DNA of 64,000 nt from the human T2T-CHM13v2.0 reference genome, Homo sapiens. Positions 51,066 to 64,000 of this stretch are shown one piece after another (within the stretch, counting starts at the first letter, position 1; each line of letters begins with the position of its first letter). The position numbers and the translations under genes were made by a program. The stretch is taken from NCBI RefSeq assembly GCF_009914755.1, contig NC_060929.1. One strand, 5' to 3'. Under the pieces are notes generated by a model, which saw only the letters and a program-made list of their open reading frames with translations, was not told the DNA's origin and made no database searches.

Positions 51066-51852
51066 GTAATAACATAGTTTACATTTCAACAAAAAGTAAA
51101 GTTCATCATAATTGAGAACAGAGGACCAAGAATAAGTCTTCCCCAGTGAACACCTTTGTAAAGCCTGCAGGCCATGCACTAAGAGAATCATATAGATGCT
51201 AGGGCTGTGCCTCTTGATTTCTGCAGTTTGCAACGTTCTTGGCTTGTGCTGACTGGTTATAAGCTACATTAAGAAGTCATGATTCCTGCATCTCGGTGTT
51301 TCTTCTAACTGTTTTTGTTGCAATGTCTTTGAATATGATAAATATGACATACAAAGACTAAACAATTTTAAATACTTTATCTCTAAATGATTAACTGTTG
51401 GGGTAGAGTAACAAGAGCTTCCTTGCTGGAGAGATAAGCGTGGTAAGAGGTCTTTCTTCAGAGAGAAAACTTGAAGTTCACTAACTACATGTGGCAAATT
51501 GTGGTTAGTGTTACTTATTGCTTCATTACTACCCTGAACTGTCCAGAAGGAGATAGACTTGAACATCAGAAAGGAGATTAAACTTTGTTAATTTAGATGC
51601 CAGCTATTAAATATTTTTATGATCTATTTAGTTTTAGAAACAGATAGGAATGGATTTATTACTACCTTATCTAAGTGAGGAGCAGAGAGTCTTCTTAAAA
51701 GCCTTTAAGATCATAAACCAAACTTATAGAGGTGTTTTTGAGGTCCTTTTATCCTTCTTTTAGCTAACAAATATAAGTTATTCATTAGTGTTAACTACTG
51801 TCAATGCATTAAGAACCATCAAGATTCTAAGCATATAGAAAGGTAATTCTCT

Positions 51853-52209
<357 letters not shown>

Positions 52210-52709
52210 TTAGTGTATGTGTGAGCATTGGGAGGAAAAGGGTCAGAGAAAGAAAAAGAAAGATTTACTTTAGTTCTGAGATTCTCCAAATTTATGAACT
52301 TGATAGTCTGAATAAGAACCACTATGGCCAATTCAAACTGAAACTCCCTTGACCACTTCATCCCACCCATTGCTTACCACCTCCTACTTCCTTAAAAGAC
52401 AACTAACTAGAGAGAGAAGACAGGGCAAAATAGTGCCATTCTTATAAAAATATTCTGGCATAGCACTTTTTTGTGCATAAGACAATTGCATGAAAGTGTA
52501 CATAGGTCAAGGAATCATCACAAAGTAACCACCATGTAACCACCAGTCAGATCAAGAAACAGGATGTTGGCCTTTTATCTTATTGCTTTTTTCCTTTCTT
52601 TACCTTTCATACAGCCTGAGCCTTAGAGTTGGCACAGTACTCAAAATATACTACTGAATTGCATCTGTTTTTTCTGTATGGGACATTTTACATTGAATAC
52701 CCATTTCTT

Positions 52710-52845
52710 TTTTTAATTTTTTTTAATAGAGACAGGGGTTTCACTATGTTGTCCAGGCTGGTCTCGGACTCCTGAGCTCAAGCAATCCATCCGCCTCAGC
52801 CTCCCAAAGTGCTGGGATTACAGGTGTGAGCTACCATGCCCAGTC
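52710..52845 (-). mobile_element. Alu monomer (FLAM-like)
   Basis: Single reverse arm with degenerate TSD cattg....ccatttctt. Confidence 0.85.
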
Positions 52846-54097
52846 CATTGTATGTCCATTTCTTAAGCATCAGCTCTAAGCCAATTCCTTCTAACCATGC
52901 ATAAGTATCTAAAACCAATGTGAGCACTTGTATTAAAAAAATTAAAATAGTCATATTGTATGACAAAAAAAGGATGATATGGAATAATCTCCATTAATAT
53001 ACCATTAATTTCTAAAAGTTAGACAAAGGAGGTAAGTCTGAATGATTCTAGAAGTTAAGAACTCTCAAAATGAATGCATGTAGCTGAGTCTATGAGTGTT
53101 GGAGGCCTATTGGTGTAGCTGCGAGTTCTCCGAATTAACTTACTTGTAGAATACAATGTTTGCCGAAGCATAGGCAATTAAAATGTGCTAATTTAAAGCC
53201 AGTTTAATCATATACATGTATATATGAGATGATTAAAATTGGGGGAGGGGAGGACTTGGTAGGGTAAATAAAAAAGAACTGAAATACTTAATGATGTCAT
53301 CAAGCCTACCACCAGACTTCTTGTTACATGAATTCATAAAATAAATAATTGCTTAAATTACTGTTAATAGGATTTTTTTTTTTTACTTGCAGCTAAATGC
53401 TTTCTGATGCCCACTATAACCTGTCTTATTAGCAAACTGCTCCTGGATGGTAAGATCACATGTTTCCTGTCTCTTACCCTTACCTCTTATTCATTTTTCA
53501 ATACAGTCTAGTTTTTGCCTTCACTGGTATCCTGAAATTGTTCATGCCAGTAGCACCCATGACCACTCTGCTTCACCTGAGGGATGCTTTTCAGCCTTTA
53601 GTCTTATTTGACATCTTTTTATCTTCTGACACTGTTAGCCATCCCCTCCTTCTCAAAATGTTCTCTCCCCTTGGCCTTCATGACATCATGATTTGTAATT
53701 AAACACCTCCCTGTTTTTTTTAGTTAAATGCTTGATCTCTCTAGTCTATAAACTTCATGAAGGCAGGGCCATGTCTGTCTTGTTTATCACTGCTCTTTCA
53801 GTGCCTAGCCTATAGTAAGTACTCCACAAACATGTGTAGACTAATGAATACTAAGAAAAGCAATTACTCATAGAACTTAAAATACAGGAGAGGCATTAGT
53901 AGATGTTATGTAGACTGTGCTTGGTTGGTGGCAGACCTGGGAAAAGCAGGTCTTGTGATTTTTTAGCCCAGTAGCTCTTGTATCACCCACCCCACCACCT
54001 CTGTGCTTCATGGCATGCTAATATTTCCAAAATCTTTTCCTGGAGAAAATACAATTAAATAATGTATTTTATCATTCATAATGCAGCTTTCCATACA

Positions 54098-54442
54098 TGT
54101 TATGGTTTGAATTTTTCCCCACAACTTCATTTGTTGGAGACTTCATTCCTCAGTGTGGCAGTGTTGGGAGGTGGGGCCTAGTAAGAGGTATCTAGGTCAT
54201 GGCCTTTCTCATTATTACCTTTCTCTCAGGAATGGGTTAGCTATTGCAGGATTTCAGCCCCCTTTTCTCTCTCACAAGCATGCCCTCTCACCTCTTCTGC
54301 TTTTCTGCCATGCTATGAAGCAGCACAAGGCCCTCATCAGATGCAACCACCAGGTCTTGAACTTCCCAGCCTCCAGAACCATGAGCTAAATAAAGCTCTT
54401 TCCTTTATAAATTATCCAGACCCAGGCATTTTGTTATAGCAG
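54098..54442 (+). mobile_element. MST-type MaLR solo LTR
   Basis: tgttatggtttgaat ... ttcccagcctccagaaccatgagctaaataaa ... aactaaataca. Confidence 0.8.
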
Positions 54443-56719
54443 CAGAAAACAAACTAAATACACTACTACTATTCTAATTCATTAGTGGCAGGGGGATAAA
54501 TAAAAATAGGACAATAATTTATATTTTTTATATGAAGATTCATCTGAAGAAGGATATAATTAATTTGATATTTGGTGCTCTGCTTTCCTGGGACTTTGGC
54601 TAAAGAATGCTGTTTGCATAGCCAAAACTTTCTTCCTTTCACAACTGCTGTGTTTCCTGATAATATCAACCTTTCCTTTTGTTCAAGTAAAATATGCACA
54701 AAATCTTCTCAGTAAAATTCCAGAATCTCATCTGTCTGCTATTTAATGTCCCACATGGTATACTTTAAAATGTTTTTTTCTGTTATCCTTCCTTATCAGT
54801 AGAAAAGAAGAAAGACACAGATTAGTTAGGATGTGAACATTAGCAACATAACACCACACATTCATGTTTTGGTAATGTGTTAACTAGAAACTGTTTTTGC
54901 AATTCTAAAAAGCTTTCTTCACTCAAGGGAAGAAAGTGCCTATCATTCATCATCACATTCTTGAGAATGTTTTTCTGAGCTGTAGATACGGACTTCTGCA
55001 CATCACCAGAGTGTTTTCAAGTATGCTGGCTGTTTGCTGTTCATGTCTGACGCTAACCCTGGACCCATTCCTTTGAGGCCTCCCTGGACCCATTCCTTTG
55101 AGGCCTCTCTCTGTGTATGTTCCACTTTTCAGAAGCTAGTGGTTTTAGTTGGACCCTTTTAAGTTAAGGTTCTCACCCAAGAACTGGCCAGCAAACCATC
55201 AGGAGCTGAGAGCTTTGGGAACTGGTCTTTCATTCTCTCTCAATGTCTCCCTCCTTATTGGGAGCTCTCATTGCCCCCTTGGCTTTATGGCTTCTATTTC
55301 TATCCATCTTTTCAGCTTCAGCTTTTAGTACTAACCAGTTTTTCCTCTGATAGTTCACAATCCAAATTCCCATGGAAGAAATCTGGTTAACTCATCTCAA
55401 TTCTCCATGGCCAAGTTGTGTTGAAGGTCATTGTCAGCCCATGAATTGGCTGATGCCAACCCCGGTGCTGAGGCCAGGATGACTGGCTGGGTATGAGTGG
55501 GGGTGCTGGGGTAACCTACAAAACCTAATAGCACCTAACATACAACAAAAGAGAGAATGAGGGCAACTTCTTAAGGAAATCAGAGTAGACGTCTTTTATA
55601 TTGTGGGTAGGATTTCTTTAAAACTTTAACATTCATCTGAATAGTCTATTCTTTTATTCATTAGTTTTAGCGCTATATTAACTATATGATATGAATTTAA
55701 TGTTATACTTTCATTATTGCTTCTTGATAATATAGTATCCAAAAAAGAGTCTAGACCTATTTCACAGAGGAGGAACCCAGAGATGGTATGTAACTATCCT
55801 AAAGTCATGGGGTTATAGAAAGGCAGAGAATGAGAAGCAGATATCCCAATTCCCAGTCAAAAAAGCGGATATCCCAAATTCCCAGCACTAACATGAACTG
55901 GATTAAAGAACCTAGATAATATTCCCAATAATTAGGAAATTAGTTTGTTACCAAAGGGATTTCCTTCTTTTCTCATCTAAGAGGATATGCCAAAGAGAAA
56001 TGAACATGTGAAGAGTTCTAATATGTAACTACTGTTATAAAACATTTAAAATGTAAAATTGGCACCTTTTCAAAACTTACACATTAAGAAATCATTTTAA
56101 AGTTTATTCAAATGACAGAATCTTATCATGCTTCACATTCTGTTTTTTGAATACTTAAGAAAACTTCTATAAATGTGTAACAAATGTATGTATGTATAAA
56201 TTAATTATAAATGAGAAACCACCCTTTACAAAAAAAATTTATTTATTCCATCAACTACACCCAAATAATTTCAAAAAGTATATCAAAGAATTATTTCTAA
56301 ATTGATTTTTTTCTTGCTGTACGTAGCGCTAAGGAAAACCTGTCAGCTCTTAAGCTTTTGTTTGACCTGCTTTGTCAAATGCTTTGTGAAATGATATTCA
56401 GAACAGCACCATGTGATGTCAACTTGCATTAATTCTTTCCCAAAGAGAGGTGTTCAGTATTCAAACTGTGTTTATACTGGCACAATCTATTTATGTGTCA
56501 GCTTCATTTCTGAAAGTTTACAAGTACCTCTTCCTTTGGAAGACTCTGTTCTTTCTTGCAATTTCTCTTCTAAAACAACCTTTGAAAGGACAATAATAAT
56601 GTCCTACAAAGCTCCTTTCAGGGAAGTCATTAAGAAAATGATAAATATTTCACAGAATTGAATTAAAATGTTGGCTATATGTCAATGTTAAGTTTTACTA
56701 TTTTCATCACAGATATATC

Positions 56720-57193
56720 ATGAAAAATTAAAACTTTCATTTATTCATCTAAGGAAAGATTTCTCAAAGAAGTAAATCCATAAACAATATTGTACATGTT
56801 TTTATGTAAAAGATAATTTATTAATTTGTTTTCAGCTGTCAAGAACCGAATGCATTTGTTACTAAAATTATAAAATGTCCCTTAATTAGGTTATAGTAAT
56901 GATTGTGTATATTAGCAAACACCTAAATGTTTTACTGATTGGGTAATGTGGGGTAAATAAAAAAACATTCATTTCAAATTTCTTCATTTAAAAGAACAAT
57001 GTAAATCATTTATCTATTATTCTGTCTTGCTTAGAAAACACTTAACAGAAAGGTTTCATTAAGATTCTAAATTTAGACTTTGATGATTTTGAAATGAATT
57101 CCTGGTTTCCTCTATTCCCCTGGGAGCCAGTTATAATAATTTCAAGGACAGTCATTAGCAACTCTAATTCAGTTGACTGCTGAAGGTCTTTTT
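56720..57193 (-). other. DMGDH: DMGDH 3'UTR (distal end approximate)
   Basis: Follows the stop codon. Minus-strand AATAAA candidates at 56817-56822 and 56740-56745, with more distal ones near 56240 and 56105. Confidence 0.6.
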
Positions 57194-57433
<240 letters not shown>

Positions 57434-57679
57434 TCAGCATCTTGGTCACAGCTCTGTGCTCCTCATCTCTGGGTGAAAAAAAACTAAAATACAGATTCAA
57501 CTTACAAAATGGAAGTTTTATGAAGTGCTGTCTGGGGGGACAACGCCAGAGACACAGGAGGAAAACTTCACATTTTGAGAAGATGAATGAAAGTTTACAA
57601 ATTATGAAAAGTAATTATCAAGGTACACATCTGTATTACTCTGAAATTTCTCATTTTTAAAATAGTAATACTTGGTTTA

Positions 57680-57987
<308 letters not shown>

Positions 57988-58431
57988 TTAAAAGATAAAA
58001 AGGTTACTGGAAATCAGGTCTAAAGGAAAGAATGAAAAAGAAGGAAAAGCAGAAAATACAGAAACATTACATTACATCAAAACATTACATGGAACAAAAA
58101 TAAAAGGAAGACAACAAAAGTAAAACACGATATATAGCCCTGCTCAAAATGGCTTCTCCTGGCCACACAACATTGCACTAATCCTTAAAGTCCTACCGTC
58201 TGGCACAGTGGACTGCTTACAGCTGGAGCTCAAGACATTCATGGATGGAAATCAGCCTGGTGATCATTCAGCTGCCTCAGCAAAGAGCACATTACAAACA
58301 ACAATCTTACTATAGCACTTCTAGTATTTTAGATGCTAACACATTCATGACTTTAATTGCAGACTCCTATCTCTGTAGTCCCAGTTTTTAATTCTCTCTT
58401 TGAAACCCCAAATCAGAAGCTCTCCATATGA

Positions 58432-58744
<313 letters not shown>

Positions 58745-58980
58745 GTTCTCCATATGATTTCTAAACTTACTGTGAAAACTGGTTGACCGTGAAAAAAGAA
58801 AACTTTTTGACTGTGAAAAATAAAATGTGAATACATTCATTAGTAAAAGTTTATCTCTGGCTGATTAATAACTGCCAAGGTATAACACATGCTTTAAAAT
58901 TGCTTTTCTCCTTTAGATCATAGTTCAGTGATACAGGCAGGGATTAGGGTCAGAGAGGTTAGAATTTTAATCATTGCTTT

Positions 58981-60263
58981 TTTTTTTTTTTTCTGGTGTG
59001 GAGTAAGACTACTGACACTCCATATTTATTGCTTTATATTATAAGAATTAAAGAAGCAGAGACTAGAAAATCACTTTTGGAAATTTCACAATCACCAATT
59101 TGCAACAGAAATGGAGGCATAATATTTACGCTAACAAATATGTTGGAAGAATTGTCACCTCAGCCCATAACTGCAAGTGGATACTCCTGGATTTTCACTT
59201 ACTCCATTACTCAGTGATGAACATTTTTTGTTTTTTTTCCAAAGCCTTAGATGATTTTCAGGTGAATGTGTGTTGTTCTTCTCCACTAGTATGTTTCTGG
59301 CACAGTTATGTTTAAAGTGATCTGGTCCTACAGAATCCCTCCATACCAGCGTGATACCACCACCATGATATTCCTCACATTTAAAATCTCCATGAGATGA
59401 AGAAGATGCCCACCAGCTGCTCTTTCCCCATCATCCTCACAATCCTGTAAGAAGGTCTGTTTATTCTCACAATATACTCTGTAGGCATAGATGCTGTGGG
59501 TGGTACTAGCTATTTTCTTATTCTCATACAAGTTGGAAAGAACCATTTTCACCTGTTTGGGACAAACTACTGGATCAAAGTCTGCCTGAAAAGTACTTAT
59601 TCGGTCTGTAACAGAAATGCCATGATCAATCAGAGATAATTCTATTTCTCTTTGATTTTCACTGATATCAAAATCCAGTGCTGTCACCGAACTTTCTGGC
59701 TGACATGCAAAAATGAGATCATCTTCACATTCAACATCTTCCTCTTCAGTTTCTTTCTTTGCCTCTGGGCCTGGTTCTGTCATCTGAGGTTTTTGTATTG
59801 GAACATCTCTTATTTTCTCCACTCACAGGTAAAGAATACTTTCACCAATATTCTGTCATTTTCTCATTAAATATTTTGGGAGGAAAAGAAACTTAGCCTG
59901 GATCCCAGGGACACAAAGCAGGTACTCTCACCGAACCAGATGGGGTGGCCACATATATATTTCCTCAGGCTATTCAATAAATGGACAAGTTCTTGCCCTT
60001 TAAGCCAATGAGCATTCAACTGATAGACAGGTGGAGCTGTACCTGGGTCCTCATTTGGCAGCATCACTTGCAAGCAAAGTGTCCATTTGGGGTCATCTAT
60101 ATCGTAGCTAATTCTAATACAAAATATTTTGGCACAGTCATCAATGACACACCATTCCTCGCCATCAATGGCTACCATTGCTTCAATTTCCTCATCCTGC
60201 CTTTGGTTACTCCCTGCGTCCCCCTCAGCCATGTAGCCCTGGAAGCAGCTCTGCGGCTGCACC
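58981..60263 (-). pseudogene. Processed pseudogene of IMPACT (RWD + UPF0029 domain GCN1-binding protein) in the DMGDH last intron
   Basis: ATG at 60232: [19 protein letters not shown]...; later CEDDGERAAGGHLLHLMEILNV...VVVSRWYGGIL. Intronless, with frameshifts, AATAAA at 59025-59030, a poly(A) tail and TSD taatcattgcttt. Confidence 0.96.
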
Positions 60264-60277
60264 TAATCATTGCTTTT

Positions 60278-60574
60278 GTTTGCTTGTTTTTTGAGATGGA
60301 GTCTTGCTCTGTTGCCCCAGCTGGAGTGCAGAGGCGCAATCTTGGCTCTCTGCAACATCTGCCTTCCAGGTTCAAGCTATTCTCTTGCCTCAGCCTCCTG
60401 AGTAGCTGGGACTACAGGTGTACACCACCATGCCTGGCCAATTTTTGTATTTTTAGTAGAGACGGGGTTTCACCATGTTGGCCAGGCTGGTCTCGAACTC
60501 CTGAACTCAAGTGATCAGCCCGCCTTGGCCTCCCAAAGTGCTGGGATTACAGGTATGAGATAGCATGCCTGGCT
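60278..60574 (-). mobile_element. Alu (S-like) abutting the 5' end of the IMPACT retrocopy
   Basis: Reverse Alu flanked by taatcattgctttt at 60264-60277 and 60575-60588. Confidence 0.95.
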
Positions 60575-61519
60575 TAATCATTGCTTTTTGAAAGACTTTC
60601 TTGATAACCTTGTTTTCATTTCCCCATCTGTAAGAAAGAGATTTGGGTTTGGAGCCCTGGAAGAGTTAAGCTGGTTTGCTTGAGCATCTTCAGAAAACAG
60701 GAAGAGACCTAGGCCAGTCTCAGGGTGTGATCCCCTGACTCACTGGGTCAAAAGCACACAATCCTCAGCCCTTCTCATCTCCTAACATCCCAGCAGTGAT
60801 TTGTCTTGCAGTCATTCTGCATTAGTAACCTAAAAAAATAGAGTCCTTATTTATGAGTGCTATTTTTAAAATTTGCCTTGCTTTCTGCTAGAATTTACTT
60901 TCATTTCTACTTGAATTTCTCTCTAATCCAGGTTTAGAAGCCCAGGATATTTCAGAAATCTGGCTTTTCCTTTTACCTTATTACTAAATCTCCAGGGAAA
61001 TGTTTTCCCTTGCATAAATTTTAAATAGTTCTACCTAAAATCTTCCAGGTTCAATTAGATCCATTCTGCCTTTTAGTTCAGTGAACTGTGAGAACAATCT
61101 GTCCCCACCCTCTGCCTGGCAAATTCTCATTCTTTGTTAAAACAAACATTGACCTTCTTTTTACCAATGTGAATAATTCTCATTTATTTTTAGCCTTTTC
61201 TCATTTCTCTCGCAAATTATGAGAAGTCTCTATCTGACTTCCAGAAGATAACATGGCAAATGGCCTTTGAAGGAAGTTAACATAATTTAAGTTTGATGTT
61301 CTATTGTGTTTTTCTTTGACTGTCCCCGTGTGTTTTAGTTTACAAATAATAATTTTAAAAAACCTTCTAAGCTCTCCAAACCTCTCCACAAACCTCTTTT
61401 TCAAAACTTCCTTCCAAGCTAAGCATCTTTTAATAACTGAGCCACCCAATATAAAGAAAGCCTTTCTCATGACCATCTTTATGCCTTGATTTCAAAAAAA
61501 TTAAACCTCATTTAAGGTT

Positions 61520-61735
61520 ATAATCCCTTTCTCCAGCACTGCCCAGCTCCCTGTTGGACTTGACCTTTCCCCAAGGCACTAAAGACCATCTGACATGCAA
61601 TATACTTTATTTATTTTGTCCATTGTCTGTCTCTCCCTCCTCTGGAATGTAAACTCCATGAGGTCAGAGATTCTTGTGTTTTGTTCACTGCTGTATTCCC
61701 AGTGCCTAGAATATCGCTGGCATATGGTAGACACA
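61520..61735 (+). mobile_element. L2a 3' fragment
   Basis: gaatgtaaactccatgagg...ttttgttcactgctgtattcccagtgcctagaata...tggcatatggtag. Confidence 0.75.
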
Positions 61736-62778
61736 CACACACACAAAAAAGTCAATAAACAAATACATTTGTACCCTATCTCCAGCATTGGAAATGCTTG
61801 CAAGAATAAAATACTAAATACCAAAAGCAACACAAGTCAAGACAAAGTCTGAAAAGAAAAAGCAAAAATTATTTCATATCAGTCCAGAGTAAAGAGGATC
61901 CAAGGAGGGCCTCTGAAAAAGGATCAAAAAGAAGACTATCTGTATGTAAAATGATGACCTTACTAAGCATCAAAGAGCAGGCAAACTCATATTAGGAAAT
62001 CTAAGAGATAGAATCCTATAATTGGATTAGCAGCTTTATAAGCAGATGGCAAGGAATATAGCATGTAAATGCAGTATATGCATAGGGCAAAGGAAAAAAC
62101 CTTTAGATTAGACCTTGGGTTTTCAGGGTTTTAAAACTAATTTTGTTATCATCATATTTAAGGTGGCTAAAAATCAGTTGATTGTGGATGACGTGGGAAT
62201 ACAGAATAATATAGCATAATATCTCTTTCATTCCATGCTGAGTAAAACAGAAGGTTGGTGGAAGGGTAAGTGTAGACTGTATTAAGAAGTACTGAGAAAA
62301 CTGAATGGGAATAGAGTGAAAAATATAAAACAAAGGGAAGATGAGGTGGGAGGAAATGTAGTGACAAGAAGACGTTATCTCATCCAATGGCTTCATTTTA
62401 CAGATGAGAAAGCTGAGGCCCAGAGATCAGCTCAGGATCAGGTCAAATAGTTAATTAATGGCAGAGCTGGTTATAAGTATAAATCATGTGAATTGTGGGC
62501 AAATATGAATTGGAGGAAGAATACATATTGAGAAAAGAGGGCTGAACCAGAGATACAGAACAGAAAGAGAAAGAAGAGATAGGGAGAAAGGTAGCAACAG
62601 TTCAAACAGAAGAGCAAACTCAGCCCAATTTAAGAAGGAAGTGGAGGTCAGCCCATCCAGGCTTACAGACAGGCGAAGGCACTTGAGATCTGAGAAAAGT
62701 CAGTTGGCTTCACAGGCTCTAATAACATCCACCTGATACTCAGATGCACAAGAATGTGGGCATAGAATTAAATTCTTA

Positions 62779-63096
<318 letters not shown>

Positions 63097-64000
63097 TTAA
63101 GAAACTACAGGGGGACATCAACAGAGACAGAAAAGAGATCAAATTGAAGTGTTCAACATGTCTTAGAAGAAAGGACCAGAAATTCAAAGTTGGAAACTAG
63201 ACCTGGGTTGGAGATCAGTTCTATCAATCACTGGCCACGTAACCTCAAGCAAGTTACTTCTGAGCCCCTCAAAGCCTCATCTTTAAAATGGAAATGATCA
63301 TATATATCTGACAGGTGTGCTGCAAAGTTAAATGGGAGAGCACATGAAAAATATCTGGTATACAGTAAGAACTCAGTAGATGTTAGTTCTTTGTCAAATT
63401 GACCCATGCTTTAGCCCCAAAGGCTGTGATTTGACACCACTGGCTTTCTCCACTTCTAGCACTCTTTGTGTTACTGATGAGATAGAGAAAATGGAAACAA
63501 ATATCAAGTAGGCTGCAGTGAATACGAAAAAAACCCAGGCACAGAAGCTCTGAGTCTTGGGTAATGACCAAGCTGACCCTGTTCATTGTGGAACAGCTGC
63601 TTAGATGAGCTTTGAAGGCTCCATTCCCTCCCCATGGTCTAAGCTGGGTGTCCCACATATGCCTGCTAACACCAGGAAAAACACACCCACACTCAGTTTC
63701 AACAAAATTGGGTTTTACAAATAGTAATAAAAAAATGGAGAAAGTAACTGAATGCAGAAAGCTTGGGAGAAAAAATGGAGAAAATAAAGTCCCATTGATA
63801 CATTATCTGACTAACTCTGGTTTTACTGAACACAAATAGAAAGAATAAAAAGTAACATTCCAAAATGAGAAGGTGATTTTACTCTTCCTGAAGAACCAAA
63901 TGGTTTCCACTTTTCACTTTATTTTCTAAGGTTTTACCCTCTATTGTCATAAATGTTTTCATCTGGATTTTTTCTCTGTTAATATGCTAATTGCCTCCTT

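Noticed and set aside
59328-59822. 164-aa IMPACT-like ORF as a functional retrogene
   Set aside because: It starts at GTG, is cut off from the N-terminus by a frameshift, ends at a frameshift-derived stop, and has substitutions at conserved positions.

Overview
Primate genomic DNA, almost certainly human (ARSB/DMGDH locus, 5q14.1 from memory). The minus strand carries ARSB coding exons 1-4 (312+187+191+208 nt, all GT-AG) with the CpG-island promoter near 44 kb. About 12.8 kb upstream of the ARSB ATG, on the same strand, is the last coding exon of DMGDH. The DMGDH last intron holds a processed IMPACT pseudogene. The rest is mostly interspersed repeats: the 5' 5.2 kb of an L1PA4-6-like element, older L1M fragments, about 22 Alus or Alu monomers, several solo LTRs (some nested) and hAT fossils. 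I see no new multi-gene system. The most interesting signals are molecular fossils. (1) The IMPACT retrocopy appears to record two non-canonical splice events. (2) It shares a triplicated target site with an adjacent Alu. (3) A 38-nt orphan retro-insertion sits inside a THE1D, which sits inside an ERV1 LTR. (4) An L1 ORF0 is extended to 199 codons. (5) Splice phases would allow an in-frame DMGDH-ARSB read-through. Repeat subfamily names and the parental IMPACT sequence are from memory, not from a search.
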